64,000 nt of DNA from Octopus sinensis. Lineage: Eukaryota. The stretch is from the NCBI RefSeq assembly GCF_006345805.1, contig NC_043007.1, forward strand, positions 36,828,001-36,892,000. The letters run 5' to 3'. The notes under the pieces were generated by a model that did no database searches, was not told the DNA's origin, and worked only from the letters and a program-made list of their open reading frames with translations. The translations under genes were made by a program, and so were the position numbers. Shown here piece after piece: positions 1 through 12,050 of this stretch; within the stretch, counting starts at the first letter, position 1, and each line of letters begins with the position of its first letter.

Positions 1-1750
1 GTTGAAAAACTACACTTCATAGGCAAAATGTGGAGTGATATCACATTTCAGGGAAAAAACCTGTAGAGGAGAAGTTTTCATGGTAAACAATGCAACCAGT
101 ATGTTCGGTACAGACTGGTTAGAGTTGTTGTTTGACTTATGGGACCTCTCCATAAATCTGTTCAGTAAAAAATAAGTGCCTGTCCCATCAGTGACAATAA
201 TTCAGCAGCTGAATTAAAGAAAAAATAAAAAGAACTTGTTTCCTGAAGTGCTGTCAGATAAATGAGGCTTCTGTTCTAAGACTGAGGTCTGTTTTTAAAT
301 AAAGGAAAATGTTGTACTTGTATTCAAACCTAAGAGAAAGGTACCATTTGCTGTGGTAAAGCAGGTAGAGGAAGAATTGGACAGACTGGAGAAAATGGGA
401 ATTATTAAAAAAGTAAACTATTCTATGTGGGCAGCACCAACTGTGTGTATTAAAAGAAAAACAAAATCAAGGTGTGTATTGATTTTTCTACTGGTTTTAA
501 TGACTGTCAGAAATTGTGTCACTATCCACTACCTTCTCTAGAGGATGTTTTTGAAAAATTAAATGGCGGCAAAATATTTTTGAAACTGGATCTGTCTGAT
601 GCATATCTACAAATCAAAATAGACGAGGAATACTCGAAGCTTCCAACAGTGAATACACACAGAGCACTATACAAATATGATAGATTGCCATTTGGTCTGA
701 AGGTTGCACCTGCAATATTTCAACAGGTTATGGATGCGATGTTGGTGGACTGTCAGTTTGCAAGTCCATACCTTGATGATGTATTCATTAAAAGTGAATC
801 TCATGATTAGCATATTGAACATGTGAAGTGTGTTTTTTAAAAAATATGAGACAATGGAACATAATTCACAAGATACGAGTTCAAGAAATTCTGCAAAATG
901 CATGCAATCAAGCACATGTTTACCCTGCCCTACCACCCAAGCTCAAATGGGAAAGCAGAAAGATTTCTAGATACTTTCAAGCGAGCGCTACAAAAAACAA
1001 GGAATGAGTTAGGAAATGACAAAGTGCTAATTAAATTCTTATTGGGTGTATAGAATAATTCCCATTCTGAATCCCAGTTCAGATAAGTCACTTGCAGAGC
1101 TAAGGTTTGCTTGAAAGATTAAATTGATCTTCAACAAATTGTTGCCAAAGTAAAAAATGTATAGAGAAAATACAAAAAATTCAACTGAACATTTTGATGT
1201 TGGAGACAAAGTCCATTTCAAAGTATACAAGAACGGTAAAGAGAGTTGGCAGAATGGTGTAGTGATTAAAAGAATTGGCAATATGATGTATTTAATAAAA
1301 GTTCAACAATAGGAGTATAAATACCTAAATCAATTAAAAACCAGACATACAGAAGAAAGGAAGAAAATTCCAATAGAAGTGTTTTACGACATGTTTGATG
1401 TGCCAACACTGAAGGAGCAGTAACAGGAAATGAAAACAGACTGAACATTTAGAAACAATTCGTAAGTAGAAAAGGTATGAACTCCCTAGGGAAGCAAAAT
1501 TTTAAAAAGGGAGAGGTGTTGAAAGAAAAAAAGAAAAAATAATAATAAAATATTATTTTGTTTCCTACGGAAGTTGAAACTTCAAAAGGGGAAATGTTGT
1601 GGTGAGAGTCATAACACCCCCTGCAATAAGAGACTTAACTGAACAACTATAAATAGTAGTGGTCTGAGTGAGGGACCAAGAGTAGGTGTTAATTACAGGA
1701 AGTTGTAAGGTGTCATTTCGGTAGTTTGTCGGAATATCATTTGTTGGTTC
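1..1750 (+). mobile_element. Degenerate Gypsy/Ty3 LTR retrotransposon remnant (RT fragment, integrase fragment, PPT, start of LTR)
   Basis: ORFs 353-810 give RT motifs (WAAPTV, LDLSDAYLQI, LPFGLKVAPAIFQ, YLDD). From about 850 an integrase core follows (DNGT..F..F, PYHPSSNGKAERF) with RNaseH deleted. Purine tract aaaaagggagagg is followed by TG at about 1517. Stops and frameshifts present. Confidence 0.9.
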
Positions 1751-1756
1751 AGGTAT

Positions 1757-2167
1757 ACTTTACTCTTTTACTTGTTTCAATCATTTGACTGTGGCCATGC
1801 TGGAGCACTGCCTTTAGTCGAGCAAGTCGACCCCAGGACTTATTCTTTGTAAGCCTAGTACTTATTCTATCGGTCTATTTTGCCGAACTGCTAAGTTACG
1901 AGGACATAACCAAACCAGTATCGATTGTCAAGCGATGTTGGGGGAACAAACACAGACACACAAACATATACACACACACATATATATATACATACATATA
2001 TGCCACAGGCTTCTTTCAGTTTCCGTCTACCAAATCCACTCACAAGGCTTTGGTCGGCCCGAGGCTATAGTAGAAGACACTTCCCCAAGGGGCAACGCAG
2101 TGGGACTGAACCCGGAACCATGTGGTTGGTAAGCAAGCTACTTACCACACAGCCACTCCTACGCCTA
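1757..2167 (-). mobile_element. tRNA-derived SINE, family A (representative copy)
   Basis: Head ggagtggctgtgtggtaagtagcttgc...ggttccgggttcagtccc, internal (TA/CA)n and tail gtaaaagag. Similar copies near 13450-13820, 19820-20190, 32595-32905, 49494-50068, 52530-52872, 56325-56550, 59114-59590 and 62030-62428. Confidence 0.9.
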
Positions 2168-2699
2168 TGTGGAGAATTTGTGGATTGTTACATTGTTGTT
2201 ACCCTGCTTCGTTATATACTTTATTATTACAACATGGTTATAATGTAAAAAAGTATTGTCATAACAATTGGTGATACAGCAGTATCTTTGTTAGAGACCA
2301 GCTCCTTCCTCAGAAGAAAAATTTAAATAATTAAAAGCAGAAGAGAGCATACATATATAAAAAGACGGGTCAAAATTTCTTCTCAAGTCAGAGGCCCATA
2401 AGGCAGGTTTCCTGGATCTGGTAGCAGATATATTCCCCCTTTGTACAGGATATCAGTCCTTCGCAGGATTACTCATATTTGTTAGTTGAGCAGACTGAAG
2501 TAATATGAAATGAAACGTTTTGTTCAAGAACGCAATGCCTCACCCAGTCCAGGAACTGAAACCACAATCTTAGGATAGTGAGTGCAAACACCCCAAACAC
2601 TAAGCTATGGATCTACACCCCCCACCACACATACAGGGATTTTCATGCAAGAGTTTGAAGACGAGAGTTTAGGAACCAGATAGTATCCCCCATTTTGTA

Positions 2700-2920
2700 A
2701 GGCGGCGAGCTGGCAGAATCGTTAGCACACCGGGCGAAATGCTTAGTGGTATTTCGTCTGAGTTCAAATTCCACCGAGGTCGACTTTGCCTTTCATCCTT
2801 TTGAGGTCAATAAATTAAGTACCAGTTACGCACTGGGGTCGATGTAATCGACTTAACCACTTTGTCTGTCCTTGTTTGTCCCCTCTATGTTTAGCCCCTT
2901 GTGGGCAATAAAGAAATAAG
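2700..2920 (+). mobile_element. tRNA-derived SINE, family B (Meta-domain-like core; representative copy)
   Basis: ggcgagctggcagaatcgttagc head, B box gagttcaaattcc and core gcctttcatcctttcggggtcgataaattaagtaccag. Other copies near 7240-8060, 12760-13160, 21925-22160, 22760-23175, 28004-28420, 53846-54068 and 61660-62025. The Meta-domain assignment is from recall, not an alignment. Confidence 0.85.
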
Positions 2921-3620
2921 TATCTCCCATTTCACTTGTTTTATTTTCATATATGCTGAAGTTTAGAACAAGATTTTCCAGAAACTTCCAATCATCTCTC
3001 CTCCTCCTCTCTTTACCATACCTTTAATCATCCTGGTGATTCACACATTCACGAATACATCCAATGTAGTCTTCTCTCCTTAAAAGAAAAGTAGGTTGTT
3101 ATTCGAGTAAAATTTAGCTGCTGTTTCTAGCAAGACGAGCACCTACATGCATTCACTGGCAGATACTCATGGGAGGATATGAATGAAGGAAGACATAGAT
3201 AGAAAGATGTGATGAAATATGAGGATGCTGGGCTTTCCAGGTGAGATAACACACGATTGAGACAAGTAGTGAAAATTGTTCCACAGAAGACCCATCAAAC
3301 CTATACCAGCAATGAAAAAATAGCATATAAAAGGATGGTGATGATAGTGGTGATGATGATGGTAGTAGTGGAAGTAATGGTGATTATAAAACTATGATAG
3401 TGATGATGATAAAAATGATGATAGAAATGTTAACGGTGATCATGATGGGGATGGTGATGGTGGTGGAGGTTACGATGATTATAAAACAATCATAATTATT
3501 TGATAAAGATGATGATAATAATGACAAAAAAGATGATGATGATGATGATAATAATGACAATGTTGATAATGATAATGATGATGACTGTGATGATAGTGAT
3601 GACAATGATGTTGAACTTAC

Positions 3621-3794
3621 TGGAACTGGTTTGATGCGTGATATGTTTTTTTGCTTCAACTTCTCATTGATCTCCTTCCGCCTTTGATCAAAATCTGTTC
3701 CTCGTTCAAAAATATCTCGACAATAGGCCATATAATGATGTTCTAAGAGTTCAGCACATGTCAGTCGCTGCACTGGATCCATTGCAAGACAACT
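3621..3794 (-). CDS. CDKL1: CDKL1/4-like kinase, coding exon (subdomain XI and start of C-tail)
   Basis: tttaaAG|AGT..CCA|GTaagt; 174 nt, phase 0/0; SCLAMDPVQRLTCAELLEHHYMAY...KPVP matches the CDKL1-type C(L)xMDPxxRLTCxxLL segment. Confidence 0.93.
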
Positions 3795-4189
3795 CTTTAA
3801 ATAACACAAAAATGGAACAGATATAGAATTTTAAATAATTAAAATAACGTGTTAATGAAAAATTAGTAATTCTTTTTAGTTTTTTCAACCATTTTAGTTT
3901 TAGACAGGGTTAATATGCAGTTTAGAGTCATAAAAAGTGAAAGTAAATTGTAATGTAAAAGATGACAGTGAAATCCGATATTTTTATAAATACATGAATC
4001 AAAAACATCATCCATGTAAGAGCCCTAAAAGGAATTGGGTGTTTGATGCAACAGAAAGGGGTTGCAGGAAAATGCTACCTGATTGAGATTCCCAATTGTA
4101 CATGTGAAGTACTTTGGCTCATCAAAATGCAATGGATATTACGAGGGGCAAATTTAATATTTCCTGGGTTAATCACCTAAGTTAGTTTA

Positions 4190-4226
<37 letters not shown>

Positions 4227-4245
4227 ATATATATATATGTATATA

Positions 4246-4320
<75 letters not shown>

Positions 4321-5099
4321 CCTAAACTAACATAGATAATTTGCAAATATTTGAAAATTTTCTCTGCTATGGGTAAAACACTGATATTCCTCCGTGTGTG
4401 AACTGATTGCGTCTGTTTATTTATTGATTCAAACATAAGGCCTTTTATGTTATAACTTGATCTGGCAGAAACAGGAATCCCTCAAATCATATCTTAGCAT
4501 ATTAAAATAATAAAAAAAAAAGGTAAGCCAAGTATATACTGTATTACTACAGCAGAATGCTTCTCCCAACTTTCTGAAAAATAAAAGTATTTTTTAAATG
4601 AAATTTTCTTCAAATACATTTTAGATATTGTAGGTTACAATTATATTGGAATTTTATAAAAAATTTTCTGATCAGAGGAGTATTGGGTAATTTATACACC
4701 TCAATTTTGTTTCATCATAACTTTCTAAAAAAAAAAATGCATTTATTAGTTGAGGCATGTGAATTATTCGAAATTCCTCTGCCCACTCTGAAAAAAGAGA
4801 AAAATCACATTGAACTCCAGTATAATCATAATTTACAGCATCTGAAACATATTTGTAGAAAACTTTCAATAAGAATATCTATTTTTCAAAAAGTTATAAG
4901 GAATGGCGGTGCCCCAGCATGACCACAGCTCGTGAGCTGAAACTAGATAAAATAAAATAAAATAAAAATAAAACAAATCAGCATGGGAGGCGAGGGGCAC
5001 ACTTCTGTAGTTATGCTGGATATACTATGGTCTTGGATATACGATGTCTGAAAGGAAACGGAATGGTTATGAATGGAAGTTCCTTTGATCATGGTATTA

Positions 5100-6420
5100 T
5101 TTGATCTTTTCACCTGTACGATTTTCATTAAGAAAAAAAAAAAACTCGGAATTTTTGCGTGGAATCAAGTACCCTGACCTCCTGTTGCAAATCCCTTATT
5201 TTGTTCAGAAAAAAAGTGGGGGGGGGGGAAACTGGCCCTGCCCCCCCCCATTCCTGGAATCATTGGAAATTTTTTTTTTCATTGAATGAATTCTGGGTAC
5301 TACCTAATATGTTACATAACCCTTTTTGGGGGGTCTGGAAAACGGGGTGGGGTGAGGTGGAAGACTCGGAAATTTCACCCCACCCCCACTGATCTTTTCA
5401 CCTGCACGATTTTCACTAAGAAAAAAAAAAAACTCGGATTTTTTGCATGGAATCAAGTACCCTGACCTAATATGTTGCAAATCCCTTATTTTGTCCACTC
5501 TCTCTCACTCCTCCCTCCCTCTCCCCGCCTCTCTCCACACAAAAATGCAACTCATTTTGGCACCAAAAATTGGAAAGTTATTTTGCAATCTGGAATTATT
5601 ACATCCAGTGATTTTAAGAGGTAGGAAAAAGATATTTTTGTTTTAATATTGGCAAAAGAATGCCTTAATATTATACTTTTACTTCGTTTCACACATACAT
5701 GCAAAAACATACGTGTGTTTTTAAAGATGAATTTATCGTTTGTTATCTCTCCACACACTAACTTCAATAACCTCTGCATTTTCACTTATTCATTTTAAAC
5801 ATCTTTGAATTATGGCTAAAGAAAGAAATAGCAAAGAATATTTGAAAATGGGGGTGGGGGTGAAATTTCCGAGGCTTTCACCCCACTCCACCCCCTTTTC
5901 CGGACCGCCAAAAGGGTTTTGTAGCACATAAGGAGGGCACCGGAATTCATTCAACGAAAAAAAAAACAAATTTCCAAATTTCCGGGATATGGGGGTTCCG
6001 GTACCCACCTTTTTTTTCCGAACAAAAATAAGGGGTTCGCATTATATTAGGAGGTTGGGGTACTTGATTCCACGCAAAAAATCCGAGATTTTCTTAGTGA
6101 AAATCGTGCGGATGAAAAGACCAATGGGCGTGGGGGTGGGAGGGGAATTTCCGAAGCTTCTACCCCACCTCATTTCGTTTTCCAGACCACCCCCGTAAAC
6201 GGGTTTTGTAGCATACTAGGAGGTCACGGGAATTCATTCAACGAAAAAAAAAAATTCCAATAATTCCGGGATATGGAGGAGGGTCTGGTCTCCCCCTTTT
6301 TTCCGAACAAAAATAAGGGATTTGCAGCATATTAGGGGGTCAGGGTACTTGATTCCTCGCAAAAAAATCCGAGTTATTATTTTTTTTTCTTAGTGAAAAT
6401 CGTGTGGGTGAAAGGATCAA
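5100..6420. repeat. Foldback element with arms built from a ~290-bp tandem unit
   Basis: Unit starts gatcttttcacctg at 5103 and 5391. The reverse complement of the unit occurs twice in 5846-6420, ending ggtgaaaggatcaaaa. Unique spacer about 5493-5845. Confidence 0.85.
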
Positions 6421-8638
6421 AATTTATCTTGATCGGGTCAATCAAGAATGACACGAAAACAGAAATTATTATACGAAGATCATTCCGACCCGGGAGATCC
6501 AGTATGTATCCACTGTGGTAAAAGCACAAAATAACAAAACAAAAAAAAAAGGTTTCCAAAAGTTTGTCCAGTAGAGTTATCTGCCCCTTAATGCGTCGTT
6601 TACACACATAAAACGAAACTGCTTTCTTTGAAAGCAAAATAAAATAATTTTGAAAAGTATATTAGATTACCACGAAGAAAAACAATACATAGCATTTCAG
6701 AGATACATATATATCTAACGAAGAGCTCTGATAAAAAAAAAACACATAAAAAAACAACAAAACACCAACGTAATATAAATCTTTTGTAATATTTTTACTC
6801 TTTCATTGTTTTGTTACTGTTAGAGTATTGATTTCTTCTAATCTGGTCCAGTAATATTGATTTGATTTCTAGTGATTATTTTCGATTATCTGTCAGCAAT
6901 CAGTCAGTTCCTTGTCTGTTGTTACTTCATTTCTGATGTATTTCTATTCAAGGAGTGTCTTGCCGATTGATTTACCTTTCGTTATACAGTTTGTGTTTTG
7001 TTATGGACAGTTAGTAATTCACAGTTATCTCCTCTTGACTATAGCAGAATATTCATGTGGAAAGAACTCCCAACGAAGCCAGTCTCGCAGGAATAAGCTT
7101 TATATATATCATAAAGTTTAAAACATGGAAATAGTTAGCTAACCGGTTATCGTTCAATTAATTTCCTATCTATGAACCTGACGTCTTCAATTATGACCTA
7201 TAATTTGATAATGGTTTCTAATTTAGAAAGAAACCCAGCAGTTTTGTGGGGCTGGAATTAGTCGATATGATGCCCCCCCCCCCAGCACTTGAATGATACT
7301 TAATTTTCTCGACTCAGAGAAATAAAAAGCTAAGTTGGCCTCGGCGGTCAGAACATAAAGAACCGGAATAAATACCTATTTCTTTATTACCCACAAGGGG
7401 CTAAACATAGAGGGGACAAACATGGACAGACATAGGTATTAAGTCGATTATATCGATCCCAGTGCTTAACTGGTACTTAATTTATCGACCCCGAAAGGAT
7501 GAAAGGCAAAGTCGACCTCGGCGGAATTTGAACTCACAACGTAACGGCAGCCGAAATACCGCTAAGCATTTCGCCCGATGTGCTAACGATTCTGCTAGCT
7601 CGCCATACCACAAAGCATACTTTTTTTGTTCCTGAAGGCTCCAACGGTTCTACTCGCTCGCCACATTGATCTATGATTTAATAATCATTCCTACTATAGG
7701 CACAAAGCCTGAAATTTGGAGGGAGCGGGTAGTCGTTTACACTGACCCCCGGGCTTAATTGGTGTTTATCACATTGCCCCCACCTAAAGGATGAAAGGCA
7801 AAATCGACCACAGCAACATTTGAAGTCAGAATGTAAGATAGACGAAATACCTATTTCTTTACTACCCACAAGGGGCTAAACACAGAGAGGATAAACAAGG
7901 ACAGACAAACGGATTAAGTCGATTATATCGATCCCAGTGCGTAACTGGTACTTATTTAATCGAAAAGGATGAAAGGCAAAGTCGACCTCGGCGGAATTTG
8001 AACTCGGAACGTAACGGCAGACGAAATACCGCTAAGCATTTCGCCCGGCGTGCTAAAATCTATGATTTAACATTGAACGGGCGGAGCAACTGTTCCTCAA
8101 GTCCCACACTCATGGGAAAAGAAAAGGTAGGGGAAATAAGAAGTACATAAATATATAAACAAATATCTTGGGGGAGGGGAAATGAAAGGAAAAATACTAA
8201 ACTTTTCCTTTGTCGTGAGGTATGGAACTTCTAACGACAGTTACTCCAAAACGCCATTAAGGAAAAATATGGTCCAGACAGAAGGAAATTATCTGTTTTT
8301 AGGTAGATCTAGGTGTTATACAAACGGACCAAACCACATGGAAACTTCTGACTGGCACAAATTTAAATGGGATCAAAAAGGATCGAATGTTCACATACAG
8401 ACAAACAACGTGTATCAGCTTCACCAATACCTAGCTCTACACCGTCGTCGATAGCCTGCTAGAAGTAGCAGCCTAATCTCCCTCAAACTACACATTATTG
8501 TCTTAGAAAAGGAAACATTGAATTTTGTATCGGGTAGGGTTTCTTGTTGAGAAGAAAAAATCAAAATATTTGTGGGTGAGATGCCTTTAGTTATAGGTCT
8601 ATTCAGTGAGACAGGGCTAACCTAGAGCTAAGAGCTAA

Positions 8639-8670
<32 letters not shown>

Positions 8671-9160
8671 AACAACAACAACAACACAACAACAACAACT
8701 TAAATACTGAGAAACTACCCTTATGTTAATAATTATCTAATTAGTGCTAGACTCAAACTTAAATCTAGGTGAGTTGTTTAAGAAGTAACATCTTAAAACT
8801 AAAAGGAATACATTGGACAAGGTGGTCCTAGATATACAGAAACCAAAATATTCACAGCCAGAATATCTTTGAGCTTAAATCTCTTTCACCAAAAGATGAC
8901 CTGGAGTTAAATAATATTTTAGGATCTATCATAGTTTGTGACCTTTTGTCAGATGGGGGTGGGGGGGCTTCATATTTTCACAACAAATCATCAGCTATGA
9001 AGAACATAAAACAGCGAATTTAAAATCATCAAAGGCTGACACAACAAAACAAATTATACAGATACTTCGGACTGTTTTTTATAGTTGGTCTTTTACACAT
9101 GCAATTCTTTACATATGTCATTCATATCTGCCAATGTACACATATCTACACATGGACATA

Positions 9161-10035
9161 TAGGGTGCAGTGAATATATTGTCATCTAAATTATGCAAAA
9201 ATGAAAATAACACTGACATCTCATTTTAACAGATATATTTACCAAAATTATATAAAAATATCTTGAAATACTAAAGAGTAAATTTATTCAATAAAATCGC
9301 CATTGGCTTCAACCATGGCCTCCAGACGTCTTTGTAATCACCTGCAAATCTTCTGGACAGTCTCCTTGTTTAAGTTGGTAAATGCTGCCATAATCCTTGT
9401 CTTCAATTCATCTTTGGTGTTACAAAGAGTTTTGTTGGTCTCTTGCTCAACTGCGCACCACACATAATAATCAAGGGGGTTGCAGTCTGGGGAGTTAGGT
9501 GGCCAGATGTTAGGGTGATGTGGTCGCAGAAATTGTCTGACAGCCATGGCTGGGTTCTCCTGCTTGTGTGACATGGTGCAGAGTGCTGTTGCCAGACATA
9601 GGGTCTTCTAGCAGGCACCCTCTTAGCCCAGGGCAACACTACCTCCTCCAGGCACTTGATGTAGGCCTCCATATTGAGTCTGAGGCCATGTGGAAAGATG
9701 AATGGAGGCATAACGTTGCCATTGCTAGTGCTCACTCCGAACACCATGATATTGACTGGATGTTTGATTTTTATCACTCTTGATACATGTTTTGGGGACT
9801 CAGATTAACACCTAACACTCTGAAATGTTTGTATCGGAGCTTCCAGCACAAATGCCAAGCAGTACAGAATGTCATTTCTAAATTTCTGGCAGAGTGGATT
9901 GTGTCATGGTGCTACCTTTCTCACAGATGGTGCCCAACTGACCCTACTATACTGTGTAGTCAACAAAATGAAAAAACAATGTGCATGCAAGAAATTAAAA
10001 ATATAACATGGGGACAATTTATCCATCATACCCTG
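9161..10035 (-). mobile_element. Internally deleted Tc1/mariner-superfamily DNA transposon, DD37D (maT)-like
   Basis: Frames give K(H)PVNIMVFG, YVWQQHSAPCHTS and WPPNSPDCNPLDYYVW. Degenerate TIRs (t)agggtg..gaatatattgtc / gacaatttatccatcataccctg are each flanked by TA. Confidence 0.85.
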
Positions 10036-10337
10036 TACATTGCATTAGTTCATATGCATGTATGAATGAGCAAGTATAATTTTTCATTTGTAAGCAAGCA
10101 TAAGCCCTTGCAAGCAATAATCTCTACTAACACTGAACTCTTACACACACACACACACACATATGCAATACACACACAAATGCACATACATTTACACCCG
10201 ACCACACATAAACACACACACATGCACATATACATTTACACTCAATCACACGTGCATGCACACACAAACCCACACACACACACACACACGCATACACACA
10301 CATCTTAAACTGCCATACAGCAAAAGGAGTGACTTAC

Positions 10338-10394
10338 CTTTAAAAATGCAAGTGCTTGTGCACTAATAGAGGGAATTTTGTCTTCTAAAGTTTC
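10338..10394 (-). CDS. CDKL1: CDKL1/4-like kinase, coding exon
   Basis: tttcAG|GAA..AAG|GTaagt; 57 nt; ETLEDKIPSISAQALAFLK, same length and position as the vertebrate CDKL1 EPLELKFPNISYPALGLLK exon as I recall it. Confidence 0.92.
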
Positions 10395-11899
10395 CTGAAA
10401 TTGTAATTTGTGCAAAAGCATAAAATATAATGGAAATACGAACAAACAAATGAAATAAATTGGTCATATAATATTAGTAAGATGGAAGTCTGAAACATTC
10501 CCTTCAGAGGGAAAATAATGTTTATTTTTGTATTTCTCTACTTTATTTACATTTGAAAAGTTTCCTCCTACTTTTTTGAATTGCAAAGTCTTTGATCAGA
10601 TCCTCACAATTAATCTTAGGTAACACAATTGCATCTATACTTAGTAGAAATAAAGGCCTGCCAAATATTATTTTAGTAAATTTAAAGTGATTTCTTTTGT
10701 GCCATAAGCCATTTACCATTTCTGAAGTGCCCTCCTCCTTCCCTTGATGCCTTAAACACGTGTTTATTTTGCTTAATAATCCAGGGCTGCAGCCATGATC
10801 AAATTATTTTGTCTCTTTCAGTCAGTGTCTATCTAGGACTACCCTATCTAATCTGTCCTTTTATTCTTTAAGATGATAGGGTGTGAGTTGAAGATTTGGT
10901 TGCTATTTCTAGCAGGCTGTGTGTCCACATAAACCTTCAGCCATGTTTATGCTACAGGTGTTGACCTCCAGATGTTTAAACTGAACTGTGTTGACCTCTA
11001 CAATCTACAAAAGTCAATAGTGTGAGCAGCCCTTCCTTCACCCCCACTAATTAATAAAAGAAACAATTAACCTACATATCTCATGGTTGCTTGGAAACAG
11101 CTCTAGCTGGTTTAAACCAGCCCAGACCAGGCCAAGAAAGAGATAGATAGGTAGATAGATAGATAGATAGCGAGAGAGAGAGAGAGAGAGAAGTGACCCT
11201 ACTGAACACTGTCAGAATATGGTTCAAACTATCACCACTACAAACAAAGCCCTTACCATTGTCATCACCAAACCACCCACCTGCCTACATGCATACACAC
11301 CACCTCCACTACCACTGCCGCTGCCACCCCCACCCCCACCAGTACCCATACTTCTATCCCATCCTCACAACTATTGCTGCCATATCCCCCCTCCCGACAT
11401 ATAAAACCCCACTACCTCTCACCCTAACATAACATGAAGTAAACTGTTTTTCTTAAGTCTAGTCCCCTACCCCAAGATGGGTATTGGCAGGGGAGAGAAA
11501 CAGGAAGTCAGAGATAGATAGATAGATAAATACAGAGAGAGAGGGAGGTATAATTTATAATACTTAAAGTAGAACAAAATCATCATAACCACCACCAACA
11601 CTGCCACCAAAACCACCACCACCACCACCATTTAGTATCTATGTTTCATGCTGGTTGGCAGGTTAGACTATTTGGCATGATCTGATAGGTCCAGGGGCTG
11701 CATTGCGCTTCATTGGTAGCTTCAGCATGATTTCTACATGGTTTCTACAGCTGGATGCCCTTCCTTATGTTAATCACTTTACAGCATGTATTGAGTACTT
11801 TTTGCATGTTACCAACACTACTACAGCTTGCAAGATTCGCAAACCATGGGGGGCAGCATATGGATGAGGAAAACTGCATAAAGAAGGGCTAAGCTCTTA

Positions 11900-12050
11900 T
11901 TGTGGAAAATACCTGCTGAAGGGGTAGACCCACCAGGAAGATGTGGTATGAAGTAGTGAGAAAGGATCTTTGGATGCTGGACCTCACTGAGGAAATGACA
12001 AGAGACTGGGAGATGTGGCGATGATTTGCTGTACTTGATTAGACATGCTA
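11900..12050 (+). mobile_element. RTE-clade LINE 3' remnant
   Basis: Translates to G(R)PPGRCG/W.EVVRKDL..L.LTEEMTRDWEMWR, the typical RTE ORF C-terminus. Confidence 0.65.

Noticed and set aside
3384-3620. Ser/Leu/Ile-rich extension of ORF 3384-3809 as a real C-terminus
   Set aside because: A strong GTAAGT donor sits at 3620 and the extension is a translated (GAT)n tract; intron read-through is not supported.
1-3620. Terminal CDKL exon(s)
   Set aside because: Candidate acceptors near 2300 and 3080 lead to immediate stops with no CDKL-like tail; the exon probably lies outside the window.
7240-8060. CRISPR-like or prokaryotic repeat array
   Set aside because: The repeats are SINE modules of about 200 bp in eukaryotic DNA; there are no short repeats with unique equal-length spacers and no cas genes.
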